From Octopus vulgaris (taxonomy: Eukaryota), in the NCBI GenBank assembly GCA_951406725.2, contig OX597833.1, positions 682,001 to 746,000 of the forward strand: DNA of 64,000 nt, in the 5' to 3' direction. A program made the position numbers and the translations under genes. Positions 55,433 to 64,000 of this stretch are shown here, one piece after another. The notes under the pieces were generated by a model. That model had not been told where the DNA came from. It was given only the letters and a program-made list of their open reading frames with translations, and searched no databases. Positions within the stretch are counted from its first letter, which is position 1. Each line of letters opens with the position of its first letter.

Positions 55433-55833
55433 TACTCTTTTACTCTTTTACTTGTTTCAGTCATTTGACTGCGGCCATGCTGGAGCACCGCCTTTAATAA
55501 AGCAACTCCACCCCGGGACTTATTCTTTGTAAGCCTAGTACTTATTCTATCGGTCTCTTTTGCCGAACCGCTAGGTGACGGGGACGTAAACACACCAGCA
55601 TCGGTTGTCAAGCAATGCTAGGGGGACAAACACAGACACACAAACACACACATACATATATATATATACATATATACGACAGGCTTCTTTCAGTTTCCTT
55701 CTACCAAATACACTCACAAGGCATTGGTCGGCCCGGGGCTATAGCAGAAGACACTTGCCCAAGATGCCACGCAGTGGGACTGAACCCGGAACCATGTGGT
55801 TGGTTAGCAAGCTACTTACCACACAGCCACTCT
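55433..55833 (-). mobile_element. Family A SINE
   Basis: Full-length match to 12116-12556. Confidence 0.9.
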
Positions 55834-56048
55834 TAGTTTTTTTTTCTTTTTCGGTCCGAAACATTTTCTTTCTGAAGGTAGTCAATTGTACAAATGTGAT
55901 TTTTAAGCTCTCGACGGCTTTCTTCTCTACACAAAACGTGTTTTTAACCCAATGTTTACAGACGATAATTCAGAGCTTTATCTGCTTCAAGATCCAACGT
56001 TCCCACCCCTCCATCCATCCCCGAAAAGATCCTTCACCCTCGATAAGA

Positions 56049-56113
<65 letters not shown>

Positions 56114-56224
56114 CACGACGACGACCACGACGACCACGACCACGACCACCACGACCACGACCACGACCACCACCACCACCACAACCACCACCACCACCAA
56201 TATATATAAGAAATATACGAGATG

Positions 56225-57605
56225 TTAAGACATATGAAAGGCTTGTACGTGGACATAATATAAGAAGTGCGTCCAAAAACGTAGCAAATGTTTTGCCATA
56301 TGTGGACATGACCCAAAAAGTTCAGTTCTTGAATTTAGACATGTAGCGGGGTCTAAAGAACTTTTCCAGATGAGCCATCTTTCTGTATCGCACTTCCCAC
56401 TGCCGTTGGTGTAAGGCTTACACTTGGCCAAGATCTTCCAGTGAATCTTATAGCTGATACCTTTTTCTTTTAAAGATCATATATAGCTGGATAATTTGAT
56501 TGTTTTCCTTTTATCCCAGTGTGTGAAGCTTAAGGTGTGATTGTTGAACCTGGCTTTAAAATTTCCCTCTGTGAGACACACAAATTTCTTTGACGAAACT
56601 ATGCCCTTAGTGGTTGTAGAGTCTACGGTGGCTTCATAAATGATGGCCTCGGTCATACAAGCTCCATTTAGCGGGCACAAATTTTTAACTCTGCAGGAAC
56701 AGCCGGCTTCATTTTATTGTTTTTGTTTGTTGTGTGCAATTATATTTTTAAAGTTAGTAGTAGAACTAAAACTAATTCATAAGTTGTGCCTATTAAAGAG
56801 CTTTCTATAATTATGATTGATTGGAAAATGCCTATCTATAAGGGATAAGAAATATCTACCTATATTAGAGGTCACTTCGGGGGAGTAAGGTGGTGTGAAC
56901 CAGATAATTTTCCTATTCTTATTTTTCCTTTTCTTTGTTACCGGACTAATAACAGGTGTATAGGTTATTTCCTCGCTAAAACCATCATCTTTTAGAGCTT
57001 TATTATATATTTGTGCAACCCTATTAAAAATGTTTATATTGGAGGAGAGGCTAGAAATTTTCTTGCTAATGTTTTTAACTAAATCCTTAAATACTATGGA
57101 GGGATGGCAAGAACCTATATTAATATAGCTGTTTTTTATCGTTAGGCTTTCTATGGGGTTTGTAAATATTCTTATTTAAATCTAAAGATACATTTAGGAA
57201 ATGTTTTCATCATTTGGATAATGTCCTTCCTAAACCGATCTTGCACTAGTTCATTGGTGTTTGTGGTTAAAAAGCTAGAACCTCATCTTTGTAAATGGCG
57301 AAATATATACCAGGTAAAGTTTTACCCAACGTATCGTGTAGGAATAGTCCAATGAGATCGCATATGCCTGCTCCATCATATGATCCCATGCTCACATCGA
57401 AGGCACCCTCTGTATCGGTTGTCTTACCCACTCTGCGTTCTCACCGAAGAGTAAAGGCTTTCTAGCGCGGAAGATTATGCCCTTATTTTGTGTACTAATT
57501 TCTATAAATTCGCTTGCGAAGGTGAGGGCTTTATCGAACACTTCCTTAGAGGTAGAAGCATAGAAATCTACAATATTAAATTGTGTAAATCTCGATTTAT
57601 TTTTA
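56225..57605 (-). pseudogene. Decayed Penelope-like element (RT plus GIY-YIG, Neptune-type)
   Basis: FNIVDFYAS...MGSYDGA..CDLIG...IIWFTPPYS...CPLNGACMTEAIIYEATV...FKARFNNH...LSSYI...WKIL...LNSRTEL..CPH. Confidence 0.85.
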
Positions 57606-57609
57606 TTCT

Positions 57610-57660
57610 TAATAACTGAAGAGATGCCGGAGCAGGCATCCGAAACTCTGAGTTTTATTA
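57610..57660 (+). ncRNA. Type-I hammerhead ribozyme
   Basis: UAAUAA-CUGAAGA-GAUGCC-GGAGCA-GGCAUC-C-GAAA-CUCUGAG-UU-UUAUUA. Confidence 0.8.
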
Positions 57661-57798
57661 TGACAATCAACTAATTGTCATTCGAAACGTTAAAGACTTT
57701 TTCTATTCCTGAGCGTTATACTAATACATCTGTTTGTTGTCTACACCACCTGTCTTCGTCTTTTGTTTTTTTTTTGTGAATTCTCCCTATATATATAT

Positions 57799-57963
57799 AG
57801 GCGTAGGAGTGGCTGTGTGGTAAGTAGCTTGCTTACGAACTACATGGTTCCGGGCTCAGTCCCACTGCGTGGCACCTTGGGCAAGTGTCTTCTACTATAG
57901 CTCGGGCCGACCAAAGCTTTCTGAGTGGATTTGGTAGACGGAAACTGAAAGAAGCCCGTCGTA

Positions 57964-58008
<45 letters not shown>

Positions 58009-58226
58009 ATATGTTTGTGTGTCTGTGTTTGTCCCCCCCCCAAACATCGCTTGACAACCTGTGCTGGTGTGTTTACGTCCCCGTAACTTAGCATTTCGGC
58101 AAAAGAGACCGATAGAATAAGTACTAGGCTTACAAAGAATAAGTCCTGGGGTCGATTTGCTTGACTAAAAGGTGGTACTCCAGCATGGCCACAGTCAAAT
58201 GACTGAAACAAGTAAAAGAGTAAAAG
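57799..58226 (+). mobile_element. Family A SINE
   Basis: Full-length match to 12116-12556. Confidence 0.9.
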
Positions 58227-58478
58227 ATATATATATATATATATAATGCTTATATATATATATATATATATATATTTGTTTAGCTAAGTTGAGGTTATAA
58301 AAGATAATGGTGTCATTGAGACCCAAAGATGTCAGGTAATGCTGAATAAGTGCTATAGGGAGACCATAGTTAAGTTCCAGATTCGGTAATTTTGCGAATA
58401 AGGGGTTCAACGTGGCCACCTCACTCTCTATTTTGTATCACATCTAAACTAACTATGACTTAACCATCCTCTCACACC

Positions 58479-58530
58479 GTCTCCGATGAAGGGATATTAT
58501 TAATTAATATCCTTGAAACAGCTGTAAGAC
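58479..58530 (+). ncRNA. Type-I hammerhead with CCGAUGA core
   Basis: GUCU-CCGAUGA-AGGGAUAUU...AAUAUCCUU-GAAA-CAGCUG-UA-AGAC. Confidence 0.75.
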
Positions 58531-58654
58531 CTTCTATCTATAAATGTTCTAATATCTACACAGCCTTAGTTTTTTTTATATCTCATTACGCAAAAAATTC
58601 TTATATATTTGTTTAGCTATCAATTTATCTAGCTTTATCTATCATCTATGTATG

Positions 58655-59101
58655 GGATCTTTCCGGTTTGACCGGCAGTTTTTTCTAGCCGTGTCGTATG
58701 AAATTGTCACCCATAATTATGACCCTAGTATCGATCTATTGCATTTCAATCTCTTTTAGGGTTAGGGTTAGAGTTCGGGTTAGTTAGGGTTAGGGTTAGG
58801 GTTAGGGGTGGGGGTAAGGGTATATTTTTTCTTCACAAATGTAAATAAACCCAATCTGTTTCTTAAACGAGGGACATATTCATACGGCACAGAATGTTTT
58901 TTTTACCTCAATGGACGTCAGTGATTGGTTGAAATTGCAGAAATTGAAGAAGAAAAAACCCAACAAATATCTTACAAACAATAGAATTTTCTCAATAAAG
59001 CCAAGAGAAAAAGATGTTTTATAAACACATTCTACAAAGTTTAAAACTTTTTAGTTACCTAGAAATTATGTTAAAAACTGCCGTTCAAACCGAAAAGATC
59101 C
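58655..59101. mobile_element. Merlin-type MITE with internal (TTAGGG)n
   Basis: Same TIRs and body as 41910; 9-bp TSD CTATGTATG. Confidence 0.85.
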
Positions 59102-59126
59102 CTATGTATGTATGTATGTATGTATG

Positions 59127-59181
<55 letters not shown>

Positions 59182-59209
59182 GTGTGTCTGTCTATCTCTC
59201 TCTCTCTAC

Positions 59210-59272
<63 letters not shown>

Positions 59273-59404
59273 CCTATCTCTCTCTCTCTCTCTATCTATC
59301 TATCTGTGTGTCTGTCTATCTCTATCTATCTATCTATTAATCTATCTATCTATTTACCTATCTCTCTCTCTCTCTCTATCTATCTTTCTGTGTGTCTGTC
59401 TCTC

Positions 59405-59465
<61 letters not shown>

Positions 59466-59526
59466 TAATCTATCTATCTATTTACCTATCTCTCTCTCTC
59501 TCTCTATCTATCTTTCTGTGTGTCTG

Positions 59527-59590
<64 letters not shown>

Positions 59591-59594
59591 CCTA

Positions 59595-59625
<31 letters not shown>

Positions 59626-59741
59626 ATGTGTCTGTCTATCTCTATCTATCTATCTATTAATCTATCTATCTATTTACCTATCTCTCTCTCTCTCTATCTA
59701 TCTTTCTGTGTGTCTGTCTATCTATCTATATATCTATCTAC

Positions 59742-59778
<37 letters not shown>

Positions 59779-60029
59779 CCTGTCTCTATATGTTATACTT
59801 AGGCGCGTTTCCCTCAACCCACGCACATCAAACTCACACTCCGGCGGCAACAGTAACGCATTACCAACAGGTATAAATCCCTACTGTGACCAACCCTCTC
59901 TTTTCTCCTCCGCCTCTGCCTCCTTTCCCTCTCTCTCTCTCTGCTATTACTTTTACTATTACCACCACCACCAACACCACCACTACAACCACCTCCTCTG
60001 CCACCGACGAGTGTGACAAAGTGTAGTGG

Positions 60030-60620
60030 CAGACGACAACGACGACGACTACTATTATCTCCACCACCACCACCACACCAAAACCGCCGCCATCGCCACT
60101 ACGACAATAACCACGACGACGACTACTATCTCCACTACCACCACCACCACACCAAAACCGCCGTCGCCGCCGACACTACGACAATAACCACGACAACGAC
60201 GACGACTACTACCTCCACCACCACCACCACCACCACACCAAACCGCCACCGTCGCCACTACGACAATAACCACGTCGACGACGACGACTACTATCTCCAC
60301 CACCACCACCACCACCACACCAAAACCGCCCGCCGCCGCCACTACGACAATAACCACGTCGACGACGACAACGACTACTTTCTCTACCCCACCACCACAC
60401 CAAAACCGCCGTCGCCGCCGACACTACGATAATAACCACGACAACGACGACGACTACTAAACTCCACCACCACCACCACCACACCAATACCGCCGTCGCC
60501 TCCACTACGACAATAACCACGACGACAACGACGACTACTAATCTCTAGCACCACCTCCACCACACCAAAACCGCCGCCGTCGCCCCCACTACGACAATAA
60601 CCGACGACTACGACTACGAC
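60030..60620. repeat. Degenerate ~60-70-bp minisatellite built from CAC/GAC/GCC triplets
   Basis: Recurring CACACCAAAACCGCC...ACTACGACAATAACCACGAC, ~8 copies. Confidence 0.85.
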
Positions 60621-60877
60621 ACGCTGTCAGCCAGCGAGGCGGACCCGCGGCCCAACGAGCCATCACCAGCCCGCCAATCGGCCATCCGGCCAACCAGTCA
60701 GTTAGACAATCCGTCTCTCATTCATAGTTGTCGTAGTGACCCGGTGCTTTTTATTACGAGATGTTATAATGCAAGTGTTGCTGGAACGAACGAACCACTA
60801 TGGGAGTTGATAAGGCGAATAAGGTAAACCAGAGTGCCCTATAATTATTATTATTATTATTATCATTATTATTATTA

Positions 60878-60908
<31 letters not shown>

Positions 60909-61830
60909 GATTTACTCTGCTTCAGTGCCAACACACTTACGTACGTATATACACATACATACATACATATGTATGTGTATGTATGTATGTATGGATGGAT
61001 GGATGTATGGATGTATGTATGTGTATGTATGTATGTATTATATATGTATGTATTGTGTATGTATGTATGTATGTATTGTGTATGTATGTATGTATGTATG
61101 TATGTATGTGTGTATGTATGTATGTATGTATGTATGTGTGTATGTATGTATTGTGTGTGTGTGTATGTGTGTATGTATGTATGTATGAATGTATGTATGT
61201 ATGTGTGTATGTATGTATGTATGTATTATGTATGTATGTGTGTGTGTATGTATGCATGTATGTATGTATGTATGTATGTATGTATGTATGTATGTATGTA
61301 TGTATGTATGTATGTGTGTATGTATGTATGTATGTATGTATTATGTATGTATGTATGTATGTATGTATGTGTGTATGTATGTATGTATGTATGTATGAAT
61401 GTATGTATGTATTATGTATGTATGTATGTATGTATGTATGTATGTATGTATGCATGTATGGATGTATGTATGTATGTGTGTATGTATGTATTGTGTGTGT
61501 GTGTATGTATGTATGTATGTATGTATGAATGTATGTATGTATGTGTGTGTGTATGTATGTATGTATGTATGTATGTTTGTATGTATGTATGTATGTATGT
61601 ATGTATGTGTGTATGTATGTATTGTGTGTGTGTGTATGTATGTATGTATGTATGTATTATGTATGTATGTATGTATGTATTATGTATGTATGTATGTATG
61701 TATGTATGTATGTATGTATGTATTTATGTATGTATGTATTATGTATGTATGTATGTATGTATGTATGTATTTATGTATGTATGTATGTATGTATGTATGT
61801 ATGTATTATGTATGTATGTATGTATGTATG

Positions 61831-61861
<31 letters not shown>

Positions 61862-62658
61862 TGTGTAGGCTTTTCCTTTCATTATATAACAGCACAACAA
61901 ACGGCCCGGATAGCGATCAATGCTTCCCTCCGAGCTATCCACCCGACACAAAAGGGGTATGAAGGCCACTGGCGTTAACGGGTCACTTGCTAGAAAGTGG
62001 AGCCGATTGTCCCTCAATAACGAAGGACGGTCTAGATAACGGGAGCCCTGGATAAACTTAGGGAGGTTTTCGTTTGCGGTTGGAAAGATTTTAAGAATAC
62101 GTTCGTTCAGTGAGTAACTGTGTATGTATGTATGTATGTATGTATTTATGTGTGTGTGTATGTATGTGTGTGTGTATGTATGTGTGTGTGTGTTTGTATG
62201 TATGTGTGTATGTATTTATGTGCATGTGTACATACGTACGTACGTAAGTGTGTATATGTGAACGTATGTATGTATATATGTATGTACGTATGAATACATG
62301 TGTGTATGTGTATATACGTTCGTATTTATGTATGTATGTTTGTATATACGAGCTTGCGAATATATGTATGTATGTGTATATGTATGTACGCACGTATGTA
62401 TGTATACATGTGTGTATGTGTATATACGTTCGTATTTATATATGTATGTACGTGCGTATGCATGTATGTATGAGCTTACGAATATATGTATGTATGTTTG
62501 TGTGTATGTATGTATGTGTGTATGTATAGATGTGTGTATGTATACGTACGAACGTACGCATTTATGTATGTGTATATGTATGTACGTACGTATGTAAGTA
62601 TGTACGCATGTATATATGTATACATCTATGTATGTAACTATATATGAATGTATGTATG

Positions 62659-63060
62659 CAGGGCCGGACTAAGACCTATAGTGACCCTCAGCCCTTAAAA
62701 GATTTTGGTACCCCACCCCATATATATATATATATGTGTAATTCAAAATTTAACCAACAATAAATCATAAAATTTAGTTTTACATTTCAAAATGAAACAC
62801 AACTGACAACAAGACGAAAAATAAAGTTTATTTCCGTAAACTTTCACTTCACTCATATCTGAAAAGTTTTCTCCCTCTTCTTTTAATTGTGCCATGAATA
62901 CTTCGAAATTGTATTTACAATCATAATACTCCGAATATTATTTCAGCAAATTTAAAGTAATTTCTTTTGTGCCGTAAACAATTTACTATTTCTGTGGATG
63001 CCCCCTTCCCTTGATGTCCCAAGAACGTGCTTTTTTTGTATAAGGGTTAATCAAACTCTG
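62659..63060 (+). mobile_element. hAT-type MITE
   Basis: CAGGGCCGGACTAA...TTAATCAAACTCTG; same family as 11741. Confidence 0.7.
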
Positions 63061-63513
63061 TACGTATGTATATATGTATGTATGTATGTACATATAATCT
63101 TTTACTCTTTTACTTGTTTCAGTCATTTGACTGTGTATACATGTGTGTATTTATTTATGTGTATATGTATGTATGTACGTATGTATATATATGTATGTAT
63201 GGCCATGCTGGAGCACCACCTTTTAGGTGAGCAAATCGACCCCAGGACTTATTCTTTGTAAGCCTAGTACTTATTGTATCAGTCTCTTTTGCCGAACCGC
63301 TAAGTTACGGGGGATGTTGGAGGGGTGCAAACACAGACACACAAACACGCACACACACATATATATATATACAGTTTCCGCCTACCAAATCCACTCACAA
63401 GGCTTTGGCCGGCCCGAGGCTATAGTAGAAGACACTTGCCCAAGGTGCCACGCAGTGGGAATGAACCCGGAACCATGTATACATATATGTATATATGCAT
63501 ATATGTATGTATG

Positions 63514-63934
63514 TAGGGCCGGATTAAGACTTATAGAAGCCCAAGGCTCATTGGTGCCCCCACCCCTCATAAATATATAATTCAAAATATAAACAATAAT
63601 AAACCACAAGATGAATTCTTATTTTTCAAAATGAAACAAATCAGTAATATGGAAAATAATGTTTATTTTTCTATACTTCTCTCTGATCTTCTACGTTAAA
63701 TATTTTCTCCGACTATTTTTTTTTAATTGGGAAGTTTTTGATGAGATCCTTATTATGACACCATAAACACTTCGAAATTACATTTCCGATCATATAAACC
63801 ACTTTGATATTATTTTTGACAAGTTTATAGTGATTTCTTTTGTGCCGTAAACTATTTATTGTTTCTGTGGTGATCCAGTTGCCTTGGTGCCCCCAGGCAC
63901 GTGCTTATTTTGATGAATGGATAATCGAGCGCTG
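63514..63934 (+). mobile_element. hAT-type MITE
   Basis: TAGGGCCGGATTAA...ATAATCGAGCGCTG; same family as 11741. Confidence 0.7.
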
Positions 63935-64000
63935 TATGTATGTATGTATGTGTATACATACTCATACATACAATATATATGATGTATACATATATATATA

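Noticed and set aside
58755-58808. True telomere or chromosome fusion site
   Set aside because: Short, and internal to a TIR/TSD-bounded MITE.
60834-61978. Long MYVC/HTYI/IYLS ORFs here and throughout the window
   Set aside because: Stop-free readings of TATG, CA, TA and TATC microsatellites.

Overview
Repeat-saturated, AT-rich eukaryotic DNA, most likely a coleoid cephalopod (Octopus-like). This is inferred from the tRNA-derived SINE families, the mollusc-type 5S sequence and the extreme microsatellite load, not from a database match. I can support no intact host protein-coding gene; almost all listed ORFs are microsatellite translations. Recognisable content: two Penelope-like (PLE, Neptune-type) remnants; fragments of CR1, RTE, R4/Dong-type and Tx1-like LINEs; a decayed Tc1 transposon; Helitron, hAT, Merlin and mariner non-autonomous elements; three or more tRNA-SINE families; and one 5S rRNA copy. 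The most notable hidden layer is RNA-structural. About 17 type-I hammerhead ribozyme motifs (intact, variant or degenerate) from roughly 8-9 sequence families lie in short PLE-like inserts beside microsatellites. They include recurrent non-canonical cores (CCGANGA, CUGUAGA), very long stem II variants, and one copy downstream of a tRNA-like Pol III head. Other highlights: SINE multimers with an invariant 184-bp unit junction at five loci, a TSD-flanked 5S+SINE chimera nested in a hAT MITE, and a two-copy element with compensatory base changes. All coordinates and folds were read by eye and may be off by a few bases.
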